A stretch of DNA of 64,000 nucleotides from Octopus vulgaris. Taxonomy: Eukaryota. The position numbers and the translations under genes are program-made. Shown in pieces: positions 27,340 to 39,261 of this stretch. The notes beneath the pieces were generated by a model, which did not search any database, had not been told where the DNA came from, and worked only from the letters and a program-made list of their open reading frames with translations. The DNA is taken from NCBI GenBank assembly GCA_951406725.2, contig OX597815.1, positions 142,414,001 to 142,478,000 of the forward strand, in the 5' to 3' direction. Within the stretch, counting starts at the first letter, position 1. Every line of letters starts with the position of its first letter.

Positions 27340-28700
27340 TCTCACAAATTGCATGTGGTCGTGCACAAGAATGTGGAAATATTCCGTGCATGGAACCTAC
27401 CATGTATCTAGATTTGCTAAGAAAAGAGATAAATAATAACTATAAGAAGAAGATTACCGCTACGCTACGGGGTATTAAAGTTGTTTAAAGTACGATACTA
27501 AACCTAGACGATTGAACTGAAGACTTCAAGATTAGGGACCCTCATTTTACTCAGAAGAACCCTAAACTTATTTTTTACTTAAACCCTCAGATAGGATAAT
27601 ACCTAAAATGAAGTAGTTCACCAATTTGAACCTCTTGAATAATTCTAGCGAAATTAGTAATTGGTATATTAAGCTGTAAAATATATATCATTCCTCTAGT
27701 TCGACACAGACAATAATCATTCCTCGATATCTCCTGTTCTACTAAATACACAGGCAAGTATTATTTCTTGATATCTCTGTATTCTACTGAGTAAGGCCCT
27801 CAATTTCTAATAAGAGAATTGAAATTATCCTCACGGCTATGCGTACTATGATCTGTTTCTAGGAACAGTTAATGCCTCGCTTAGCCGTAACAATGTCTTT
27901 GAAGTTACAATGAGCTAACCCGACCTTGTGGGTTATACTTGTATAAGAACTCCAGAAATTCGTCCCATATATTGGTGGGGGTTTGTATTGTGATGATGAT
28001 CTACTCACTGTTATTAACACCTCCTCCCAGTCCATAGAAAAATTAAAGACGAAATCACACAACATTTTCCAAAATCTTAATTTAATAATTTTGTTCAGAA
28101 AGGGAAATAACGCTGTTAATTTTCGAGACGTAACTTTAGATTTAATCTTAAAAAGATAATCCCCTTATAGTAAGCCAAACAAAAATCTACAATATGTGCA
28201 TAGTAAAGGGTAAAGACCATGGGATTGCACCTAGAAAGTTACCCTCCTAGACACAAGTCCGGGCAAGGTTGTTTTATGGAAGACCAGCAGTCGCCCATGC
28301 ATACCAGCTTCCCCACTCCACGCCACCAGTGTTATCCAAGGGAAAGACAAAGGTCGATACAGCTTGGCACCAGTGACGTCGCATCTCATTTCTACAGCTG
28401 AGTGAACTGGAGCAACGTGAAATAAAGTGCCTTGCTCAAGAACACAACACGCAGCCCGGTCCGGGATTCGAGCTCACAACCTCACGATCGTAAGCTCGAC
28501 GCTCTAACCACTGAGCCATGCGCCTCTGTGTTAAAAGCATATCCATTAATGTCTCTAATCTCTTCGGCAACCAAACAATATTCCGAAGAAATACATAATT
28601 TATCAATGTAGTCCTGAAACGAAGTGATTATATTCAAGCGGTATCATATTATGACAGTATTAAACATAAGCCTGATACTTGCAATAATAATAAGACGTGT
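27340..28700 (+). mobile_element. Second Naiad-like PLE RT fragment, interrupted by SINE C
   Basis: YLDLLRKEINNNYKK...; GGLYCDDDLL...VNFRDVTLDL...PYSKPNKNLQYVHS (27975-28205). It resumes after the SINE as KSISINVSNL...VVLKRSDY. Confidence 0.75.
28205..28525 (-). mobile_element. tRNA-derived SINE, family C
   Basis: Minus strand AGGCGCATGGCTCAGTGGTTAGAGCG (A box)...GAGCTCGAATCCCGG (B box)...GTTCTTGAGCAAGGCACTTTATTTCACGTTGCTCCAGTTCACTCAGCTG. Confidence 0.85.
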
Positions 28701-28725
28701 AGGATTAACACATGGCATATGTTGG

Positions 28726-29080
28726 GGAGGTGCACTGGCCAAGTGGCTAGGACAGCGGATTCGCAGTCGTAGGATCGCGATTTCGATCCCAGACCGGGCA
28801 TTGTGAGTGTTTATTGACCGAAAACACCTAAAGCTCCACGAGACTCCGGCAGGGAATGGTTGCGAACCCTGCTTTATACTTTCACAACTTTCATGCACTC
28901 TTTTTTCCTGTTTCTGCTGTAGTTGTATTTCAAAGGGTCAGCCTTGTCGCACTCTGTGTCACGCTGAATCTCCTCGAGAACTACCTTAAGGGTCAGCCTC
29001 TTGCACGTAAATTTCACGAGCAGGCTGTTCCCTTGATGGGATCATCTAGGACCGTCGTCGTCGTAACCGACGGAGTTCCG
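28726..29080 (+). mobile_element. tRNA-derived SINE, family D
   Basis: GGAGGTGCACTGGCCAAGTGGCTAGG (A box), GATTTCGATCCC (B-box-like), a GC-richer body and an end at (TA)n. It is the only copy in the window. Confidence 0.65.
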
Positions 29081-29137
<57 letters not shown>

Positions 29138-29388
29138 TCAAAATAGCTTTAAAATATCTAGAAAAGATCAGGGTAGTAACTACACTAACAAGTAAAGTTA
29201 ATCGCCACATCAAAGTGGCTATTCCATGTTACTATTGCTTTCACTCCAGGCAGATTTTCCGCCAGCTGGTTATCGGTTCAGCGCTGCACCCTATATATTG
29301 CCAGCAGGGGAAGTGAACCCCTACCATCCTCTAGCAGACAGCAGGATCATGAGACTGACACTGCGTGTGCGCGTGCGCGCGTGCGCGT

Positions 29389-29427
<39 letters not shown>

Positions 29428-29583
29428 TGTGTGTACTTTAAACTCAGAACGTAAAGACAGATGGAATACTCTTAGCAATTTTTAGCGAGCTGTATATCAG
29501 TATGCACAGTCGTCTAAGAATCCATTAATCAGAAAACCACCCACATGATTCCTTTGTATAGAGTCAATATTAATATTTATATA

Positions 29584-29780
29584 ATTCTTTCTACTATAGG
29601 CACAATGTCTGAAATTTAGTGGGAGGGAGTAGACTACTCGGTCACATCGACCCCAGTGTTTCACTGGTATATAATTTATCGACCCCGAAGGAATGAAAAG
29701 CAAGGTGGACCTCGGTGGAGTATGAACTCAGAAAGTAAACACGGAGGAAACGCTGCTAAGAATTGCGCTCACGATTCTAC
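29584..29780 (-). mobile_element. SINE family A
   Basis: ACATCGACCCCAGTG...ATTTATCGACCCCGAAGGAATGAAAAGCAAGGTGGACCTCGG...GAACTCAGAA. Confidence 0.85.
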
Positions 29781-29987
29781 CATCCCTTTTAGCCCTTTCT
29801 ATTAAGTGCTGTGACTGTTATAGCTCCTACCAACCATTCTAATGAGTGCGGTGACATTTTGCCAAACTCTTATGTTCGAAACTGTCCGGTAAAAATCGTC
29901 TGAAATGGATGTATAATATTGTATTTTTGTTAATATGTATGATGCGAAAATGGATTTCCTAAAAAGAAGGTGAAAGAATCACCTCTG

Positions 29988-30376
29988 ATATGTATGTATG
30001 TATGTATGTAAGTATGTATGTATGTATGTATGTATGTATGTATGCATGCATGCATGTATGTATGTATGTATGTAGGTATGCATGTATTCATGTACGTATG
30101 TATGCATGTACGTATGTATGTATGTATGCAAATACGTATGTATGTATGTATATATGTATGCATGTACGTATGTATGTATGTATGCATGTACGTATGTATG
30201 TATGTATATATGTATGTATACATGTACGTATGTATGTATGTATGTATGTATGTATGTATGTATGTATGTATGTATGTATGTATGTATGTATGCATGTATG
30301 CATGCACGTATGTATGTATGTATGTATGTACGTATGTAAGTATGCATGCATGTATGTACGTAGTTATGTATGTATA
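29988..30376. repeat. Long imperfect (ATGT)n microsatellite
   Basis: Directly visible; it is the source of the HTYI/MYVC ORFs. Confidence 0.95.
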
Positions 30377-30377
30377 T

Positions 30378-30600
30378 TTGTGTTTGTGTGTGTTTGCCTT
30401 TGTTCTTGTCTTCCATTGCGGCTTGAGGACCTGTGTGGGTTTGTTTACATCCTGAAACTTAACGGTTGGGTTAAAAGAAACCGATTGATGTACTACGGTT
30501 AAAGATAAGTACAGGGGTCGATTTTGTTTTTTGTCCGAAACCTTTGAAGGAGTGCCCCCAGCATGTCTGGAGTTTAATGCCTGACACAAGAGAGTAAAAG
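30378..30600 (+). mobile_element. SINE family B body and tail, degenerate
   Basis: GATAAGTACAGGGGTCGATT...GAAGGAGTGCCCCCAGCATG...GAGTAAAAG resembles the family B tail. Confidence 0.6.
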
Positions 30601-33600
30601 AAATATACTAATGATTAGATGCGCTCGACCTATTACCTTTAAACTATTGAAGGTTTGGCTCTGATGCAAACGTTGCCAAACTCCCACCGCTACGCGTACA
30701 CACGGGCCATCCGTTTTTGTGAGTGGTCTATGACGTAATACAAATGACTCAGCAATCATAAGGGAAAATGACACTGGCTTTGACTACATAATACTTCATT
30801 TCATCGGCTATACATAGCGGCTCGCTATAGATACAATCAGAAGATACTCCTTATAGAGCCGCCATTGTAAGTATGCACCCCATAAGACAATTGAAATAGA
30901 AATACAAATGAAAGATAAGCAGTTAATAAGCAACATACGTACGAATGCATATACAAGCATCTGTGTATGTTTATACACTGGCAATGATGATGATACAGCA
31001 AACGACGCAGCTGTAATTGTGTAACAATAATAATAAGAACGTAAACAATAAAAACAATAATGAAATGAAGCAATGATAAGAACGACAATTCTGGTTATAT
31101 ATGCATGTCTGTCTATATGCAGGCATAATTATATAGAAATACAAGTTATATTTCTTTAGTTTACTCTTCTACGTGTCAGAATTCTTATCGATTCTAGGAT
31201 GGTGAAAGGAATATTGAAACCAGAGATAACTGGAGAATATTATGTCATATATCGATGTGTATATTTTCTTCGTATTAAGTTCGCGTATGTAAATGGGAGA
31301 TATCTTGAGCCTATGGACTCTTATGTAGATTTATGCAACGCATAACCTTAGACAACATTCATAAACCTTAATCTCTCTTACCACTCTCACTTTTCCCAAA
31401 ATTTTACCTTCTCCCTCCTCCGTTCCTCTCTCTCTATGTCTCTCTCTCTCGCTATATGTATGTATGCATGTGTGTATGTATGTATGTATGTATGTATGTA
31501 TGTATGTATGTATGTATGTATGTATGTATGTATCTCTCACTCCCAAATTGTTATTGGTTTCGCTATTTATCATTATATGCACGTTAACTAATTTTTAAAC
31601 AATAAATGTCAATTCTTGGGCTTGATAAATAGAATTTGTACATGAAATACACATATTTGTAACATAACATAATAGATTTTACAGCATGTCATGACAACGT
31701 ACAATTAACATTTTGTAATTGCAGCTAAATTGGAATAACTGTTTGACAGAAGTTACGTTATAAACTAATTTTACTCGATGTTATAACTTAATCCTTTATG
31801 AATAGTATATTTCAAATGAATTCATATGAAGTTATCATGAATCTTGCAACACTGTCATGTCATACGCTAGTTATTGAGTATCCAACAATCGATGATTGCA
31901 CTCGAGATATAGGAATTGACGATATATCGAAACGTTAATTCTGTTATATTAATATGTTGAGAGTGTTTGAATACGACCGTACGTGAGGAGTTTCGGTGAC
32001 ATATTTCTCCTCTTGTTCTACAGCGTCCGGCCGCATTCCAACATAACATAACATAATGTAATAGTGTATAAGCCATAATACATGTTTATAAACAGTGCCA
32101 AAGTATATGAAATAAGGACTCCAAAAACCGTTCTACTTTTATAAAGAGAAGATAGATGTTATTCACAATGTACAAAGTGATTTGTTATTATTAGCGTAGT
32201 GTTGTGTCATGAATGCATGCTTATAATATTCGTGTCTGTGTGTTCGTGTGTGTGCGAAAGAAGTACAAAATAAGGTTTATGCAAATACAACAGAGCATGA
32301 GAGAATTCTCAACATTTTGAGTTTAAATGAAGTTACTTTAAAGTTATTTTACCAGTTCATGTAGTACACGATAATGAGTTCTATACAAGATTTGAGTCTC
32401 GAAGCTGAGATTAGTTGAGTCACTTGTTGTGCATATTTTTCTCTTGATATAGATATTCTTTCAGATATATATACTGCAACTGTTTTTCCATGGTGAGATT
32501 TTCACCCTAACAGCATGAGCTGAATCTGTATTTACCGTGTGTACAAGTTAAATATTCGTAGATGGAGACGATGTTGGTGATGACGTTATGTCTGTCGCTT
32601 GGTTTACAATAGCGTCTTCATAGTATGGTTGGCTTGGCTGTCGTCTGCCTTTCGAACTGGAACATGGCTGAGTAAGCTCTGTGTGGTCTCCAACCAAGAC
32701 CTTAAAAGGTCTTAAGCCAAAAGACAGTGAATCGTGATATATCAGCCCGTTTAAAGAGTTAAGATGGCTCAAATGAAAAGTCCTATCCGAAAGCCGTGAT
32801 TGGTCAGTTTACACACTGGCGCGAAATAAGTAGAGAGACAGACCGCGCTTAGATGCTAACCAATCAAAATAGTGGACACAACAAAGTTAAACTAGCCAAA
32901 GATGTTTGTAATCTCAAACGAGATCATTCTTAATATTTTTCTCAAACAGTGAAGATAGCAATGAAGAAAACAATATTGTTACAAGAGTAAGACATGCAGG
33001 CTTCTTCCTTGAATCATACAGGACATGTTTTGATTTTCATTACTGGTGGTAAAATATCAACACAAATGCGCGATTGCAACTACTGTTCAAAATATATATC
33101 AAACAAAATATATGGGGGTTTCTCACTCAATCATAATAAACAATTATTTGTTAAAGTGTGACCAGTAGCCTATAATGGTGCTACACTATGAAAATGCATG
33201 CCCATTTTTAGAAGTTATTAATCCTGTATTTTATGAGAAATATTAGTTATAAAGTAATACATTTATTTCATTATATATAGTATTAGATTTTTATCATTTC
33301 TTCTATATCTTATAATCCTACATTTTAGGCAACCTTATGTATTTTATGGTATTTCCGCAAAATAAGCAATAAACAAAAGAAATCCCAAAATAGTCAATCC
33401 ATAAATGAGACACGGATTCCAATAGTCCTCAGTTACAAAAATGGGAATATACATTTTATACCCATTCTACTTTGGTATTTCTTGGTAGTCATAATACAAA
33501 GATGACGTCGATTAAAGAACTTATTGTTCCATATGAACACGATACACTTTGGCAAATATTTATACTGGTTTCATATTTTTTATCTGTCATTCGTGAAATG

Positions 33601-34333
33601 TTAGGCAATTTATATGCGGAAAGATTCTTTGACATTTTCAGGAACGGTGGATTTAATGAAACAATTTTGATTTCTTCCATTTAAATTATATCCTTCATAA
33701 AATATATATTTGTTTCTATAAGTTTTCATTCACAACATACCTCTTAATATCACTGGAAAGTAATTTCAATCAATATTTAAATAATATTGATTTTAATGGG
33801 CATTTATTACACTGTGGAATTTGTTATTTCACATGTAAATTCACGCCGTGACAATAGGTATTGTTTTGAAATAGTGTATGAAGAAACGCTCAGGCAAGTA
33901 TGTATATATTAAGGTAAAATACACACAAAAAACACTGTACTGCATAACAACCAAACAAGAGACAGCCTTATAGCGTTTTCTCTGTAGTAGTGGTTACACT
34001 TAACGTTTCTGACTAGACGTTTACAGTTAGAAAGGTTGTGCCTGTTGAGTAGGTTGTCTAGTGAAATATAACATTGAGGATATGTAATACGATGTAAATT
34101 CGCGTTAGACTGGTGGCCTTATATTAACGTTTCATCTACATGCTACTCCCCGACGAATAGTTATTTAGCTGTACAACTTGTATACCTTCTGATATTAGAA
34201 AAACTATATGGGATATCTTGCGATCAATATCGAGCCTTCTTTTCTAGTAATCAGCTGTGGACTTATAATGAAGATATTACAAGGAGGGCCAATACGCATT
34301 TTTATATTACAGATTGCATTATCTAATGGCCCG

Positions 34334-34530
34334 AAGACGGCGAGCTTGCAGAATCGTCAACACGCCGAACAAAAAGCTTTGTGGCATTTTCTTTGCCCTC
34401 ACCCTCTTAGTTCAAATGCCGTCGAAGTTGACTTTACTTTCATCCATTCGGGGTTGGTAGGTTGAGAACTTGGGTCGATTTAATCAACCTAACCCTTCCT
34501 CAAAATTACTGACTCCAAACATTTGAAACA
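34334..34530 (+). mobile_element. SINE family A (older subfamily)
   Basis: GACGGCGAGCTTGCAGAATCGTC...GTTCAAATGCCG...GTTGACTTTACTTTCATCCATTCGGGG. Possible TSD ATTATCTAAT at 34318-34327 and 34531-34540. Confidence 0.85.
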
Positions 34531-35428
34531 ATTATCTAATAGATCTAATTCAGTATCCAATAAGTGGTAGAATTGCGTAGTGCTTGGAGCTGATCGAGAC
34601 ACCTTGCTGAAGACCTTGCAGAAACTTGTTGAGTTACTCATAATATATCATGGCTGGCCTCCCATAGTTCTAGCTGATACATGTTCAATGATGCATTTGC
34701 ATGATATTCTACTTGTCTCGAACTCAGGATGTCACGAACTAGAGTTGCATTATGCTGATGCATATTTTGCAAAACTTACGTTTATTAGAAATTGACTAAG
34801 TGAATCGGAAGTTTAATTTGATTGATATTTTATACAAATACATCATATCAATAAAATATGAGTATCGTTTCGCTGGTTTCATTTAACTAGAGCATAAAAC
34901 AATGATGCGAAACGATAAGTGGAAATAGGCGGAAATATAGAATAACATCTGAATTGTTGTAACTTAATTATAAATGATGTAATGTGAGGTTTATGGCATT
35001 TACTTTATTAATGTCAACGCAAAATAATGATTGTAAATTTAGATTAGGTGAGGTCGAAATATTGTGAAATAAATTATAATAAGAGTTAAGGAAATAAATA
35101 TATAATAATTTTGAAATTAAAAATCGTATTAGAATTATATGTAAGAAGTATATAAAAATAAGAGAACATAGAGTGACGCTTCAATAACGTCGCTTTCCAC
35201 ATTAATCTCTCGGTTCATTCTTTATCACAATGCATGACACTCTCCTTTCCTCTGTTCTGTGATTTCTAATCAGAGTTTCATATTAAAAACCTAGCAGTAT
35301 ATATTCTTCTAAGAGATCATATAATTCCGTTTGTTCATCCTGCAGATTTGTAAAATTAATATCAACTGTATTCATTTAATTGCTGGATAGGCCAGAGTAT
35401 TTTGTTTCTAAAACCGTAATACGGTACC

Positions 35429-35461
<33 letters not shown>

Positions 35462-35464
35462 TGA

Positions 35465-36941
35465 GTAGTTTATAGAGCCAAGGTGCAAGTGGAAGGCTCA
35501 TCGGAATACAAGACATACACAGGGGCTTCAGAAAATTCATTTAAAACAAGATTTTATTCTCATAAAGATTTCTTTTAAATACCCAGAGAATAGAAAGAAA
35601 ACCAGCCTAGCAAAATATGTCTGGGAACTAAAAGAAAAGGAAGCCCCACCTTTCAACGTGACATGGAGCATTCTGGACAGGGCGGCACCATACAGGCATG
35701 GAGCTTACAAATATAATTTCAAGTGCAGGCTTTGCTTATTAGAAAAAATGCACATATTATTCAAAGACAATAATTCTTTGAATCAAAGAAGTGAATTAAT
35801 GAACTTATGTAGGCACAAGGCTAAATTTAAAATGTCGAATATAAATATACCATATGGATAGAGTATATATTTTGTATTTTGATTTTTTGATTTTGATTTT
35901 GACTCTTGAGCGCTACAACGGACCTATAGCAAAGTCTTATTGTTTCTACATATATATTAGGAAAAACCTACAAACTTTGTTTTCATGTTATTGTATTGCA
36001 TAAGATTACCTTGATTATTTATATTACCTTGATTATTTATAAATGACCCAAAATAGGATGTTATATTTTATTTTATAGGTCTTTCGTATATATTTTTATT
36101 AATGCACCCATTTTTTAAAAGCAATGTTTTTTTATAAAAAAAGCAATGTTGTCAAATTTAGAATGTTTATATAAGTTTGTGTATAGCAAAGCATATGTAT
36201 TTGTAAGCATGCGTATCTGTGTATGTGTAAGTGAAAGTATGCTTGTGCTTAAGCACACATATACACGACGGTATGTATATGTATCAATTCAAACTTGTGT
36301 ATGTATACTGGCCTCTATAGATGCCAAATAACATCGCTACAAGTTTTTTCCCCACCCCTCCTCCGTTCCTTTTTCTCTCTTTCCCTTTCTTTCGTTCCCC
36401 CTCCTTGCTCAGTATATGAGAATTGCTACATAGATGAATTTTAGCTTGCGTGCGAGACGGTTTGCGTGAATATATGTACACATGCTTTTATGTGTATAAT
36501 TTAGATTCATATTCATACGTCTGTATATGTATGTATGGCGTTTACGCGCATCCTTTTGTGTATGTTGATATATATATGTGGATTTTAATATAAATATGTA
36601 TTGCAGTATTTATAACAGGTTTAATTTCTATGCATTAATTTGTACTGTCTTCATTAACGGCAACAGGTTTTTTCCTCGGTATTTTCCTCGGATTTTATAA
36701 TTTTTATAAGTTTTTATATATATATACATATATTTTTGACCTTTTTGTTTATCGCTCGAAGATTGACCGTTTTTTCTAAAGGGCCAATCAAACAAGTCCA
36801 TTTCTTTTTAAAGGTGTAGCGTTTGTAAGAGTATAGATTGAATTAATATATATGTTCCATTCTAGCAAAAACTGTCTGATGAACGGCAACGAGAAACTCA
36901 GAGTAACAGATTTTGTTGAATTTTCTGCTGCTTAAAATAAA

Positions 36942-36942
<1 letters not shown>
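35465..36942 (+). mobile_element. Naiad-like PLE 3' part: GIY-YIG endonuclease plus terminal region with hammerhead
   Basis: VVYRAKV...KTYTGASENSFKTRFYSH (frameshift) TSLAKYVWELK...WSILDRAAPY...CRLCLLEK...LNQRSELMNLCRHKAKF* (stop at 35861). Hammerhead at 36866-36915. (TA)n on both flanks. Confidence 0.85.
36866..36915 (+). ncRNA. Minimal type I hammerhead ribozyme motif (PLE-associated)
   Basis: Stem I CAAAAACTGT/ACAGATTTTG (one mismatch); core CTGATGA 36876-36882; stem II CG-GCAA-CG with an A.A closing mismatch; GAAA 36893-36896; stem III ACTC-A-GAGT; GUA cleavage triplet ending at 36905. Confidence 0.75.
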
Positions 36943-37003
<61 letters not shown>

Positions 37004-37581
37004 TACTGGTTTACAACTCAATAATGTGCCTCAGTTTATGTTAACAATGAGATAAGTACATGCTTAAGTTTATCTTATAAATTATAAAGGATGTATATGC
37101 ATGTTTGAAAGGTTATTTCCATTTCGTCAGCACCTAATCCAATCCATCAACTATCCACGAATATATTGCTCAAATATCCACTATTCTGTTTAATTGGCTA
37201 GATACACAGGGTGTTGAATTTGGTGTTGGGGAATAAGTGAATCTGACTGGGTGTTTTAAAGAACTGGTTTCCATATGACTGCATGGATGAATAAAGAATT
37301 AGAAATTTAACATTTATGGAAAGAAGGAACGACAAGCATTTCAACTTAGTCTGAATATAACGAAAGACTAGCATAATACTTGAATTAGTCTGTGGCTGTG
37401 ATTTTGAATGAGGATTTTTACGATGTCAACAAATAATCTTCATAAATATTGAAGAGGGAGAGAAAGAGAGGGAGAGGGTGGGAGAGAGGGAGAGATAGGA
37501 GGCAGAGTGGGGGTAAAAACAGAGGGAGAAAGAGAGAGAGGAAGCTAACACTTGGTCCAGTATAGTAGCAGTCTGAGTGTT

Positions 37582-37809
37582 TTAACTCTTTTGTTAATGT
37601 ATTTATTTTGAGATGATGTTTGTTTCTTTCAATTACTTTAAATATAACAAATGATTTGGTAAAATAACTTAGTTATGATTAAGCTAGTCTTACGAACATA
37701 AATTGTGACAAAGGTTTGGTGGAAGATTTTCATTCAGAACTTATGAATACAAGGCATTTGTACTGAGAGCCAGAGCCAGTTTCAGCCGGATTGGTAACGT
37801 AAGGGTTAA
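37582..37809. mobile_element. piggyBac-like non-autonomous element (TTAA-flanked)
   Basis: TTAA-CTCTTTTGTTAA ... GGTAACGTAAGGG-TTAA: imperfect CCCTT/AAGGG-type termini with TTAA on both sides. Confidence 0.6.
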
Positions 37810-37870
37810 CGAGCTGATTTCCTTATAACTGTGTGAATGAATAAAGTGTACGCTTTACAAAAAAATATTT

Positions 37871-37904
<34 letters not shown>

Positions 37905-37908
<4 letters not shown>

Positions 37909-38117
37909 TAGTTTTATTTTTTATAGCATGCTTTCACTTCACTACCGAGCGCAGCTCTGTGTACCTTGGATATGTGCTGTGATTTGTTGTGATGCTCTGA
38001 TGGTTATTGTATGGAAAGTGGTCTGCGTAGGATGTGTGCGGTGCCTAGTAGTGCAATTTTCTGTATGTTATATGTGTTTGTAAGTCCTGGTGTTTTTGTT
38101 ATGTATTTGTCTGAATT
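37905..38117 (-). mobile_element. R4/Dong-type 5'-truncated 3' end embedded in (TAA)n
   Basis: Reverse complement matches 49920-50135 (CGGTAGTGAAGTGAAAGCA.GCTATAAAAATAAAACTACTGAA). It encodes IQKIALLGTAHILRRPLSI and has (TTA)n on both sides. Confidence 0.88.
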
Positions 38118-38133
38118 ATTATTATTATTATTA

Positions 38134-38230
<97 letters not shown>

Positions 38231-38231
38231 T

Positions 38232-38372
38232 GCCTTTATACAGCTTCTAACGCTGGAGATTTACTACAGTGTCAGCTGTTCGCTACCTGTGAACTAAGAT
38301 AACACCTCGTATTTTTCGAGCACCTTCCGGAGTATTCGAGCGGTTCCAAACAGTGCTGTTTTCTTCAAGTGG
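38232..38372 (-). mobile_element. R4/Dong-type 3' end, a different subfamily
   Basis: Minus strand encodes HLKKTALFGTARILRKVLEK, followed by a short 3' UTR running into (GAT)n/(AAT)n. Confidence 0.75.
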
Positions 38373-38885
38373 GTGTTATGTTATATGCCTATCTGGTTAG
38401 AGAATTAAGCATCGCTACAATTTTCAATTACTATTAACTTTTTTTAACAAGAGTTGCAAACGCTTGTAAATATAGACAAATAATGGGCGATTTAAAAAAG
38501 AGGGTTTGTAGAGGGGGTTAATGAATGGACACGGTTGGATTGAGTTACATTGGGTTTAAAACAGAGGAACGGTACTAGACGAAAAAAGGGAGAAATATAT
38601 ATGCAAGCTCTAATGTCTAGGGGCGAAAAGTTGTCTACCTAGCTAACTTATATCAGGATGCGTATAGAAATATACGCACAAACACTTGTACATGCAGTCA
38701 CACAAGGGACTTGGGCCCACCGGCCCATACGACCAATGTCAGCTGTAGTTCGTATAATTTAAGGTTGAATGATAACCACATGAAGAGTTTATCGTCACAC
38801 TCACCTCGAGACTAGGGGAGCTCGCAGACAGTCTGACTCGCTCACGTCTATATCCCCGAGGGTGAATCACACACATCACTACGCC

Positions 38886-38927
<42 letters not shown>

Positions 38928-39062
38928 GACACTTGCATGATACACTCACACATACATATACACATATACATAAACATATGCATGTATCTACACATATATA
39001 TATATATATATATACACATACATATACGTCCTACATACATACCCACACACACACACACACAT

Positions 39063-39105
<43 letters not shown>

Positions 39106-39199
39106 AAGAGAGAGAGAGGGAGCAAATAAGTAACACATATAGTTACATACACACACGCATATACACCTTCTCATACACCTATAGATATACTTGCATGTG

Positions 39200-39260
<61 letters not shown>

Positions 39261-39261
39261 C

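Noticed and set aside
28450-28525. tRNA-like sequence (also at 2650-2722, 28726-28800, 40070-40160)
   Set aside because: A and B boxes are present, but each continues into a SINE body and lacks a proper acceptor stem and terminator. These are SINE heads, not tRNA genes.
35658-35861. Possible selenocysteine recoding, reported for some Naiad PLEs
   Set aside because: The conserved cysteines here (CRLC, CRH) use TGC/TGT, and there is no in-frame TGA at those sites.
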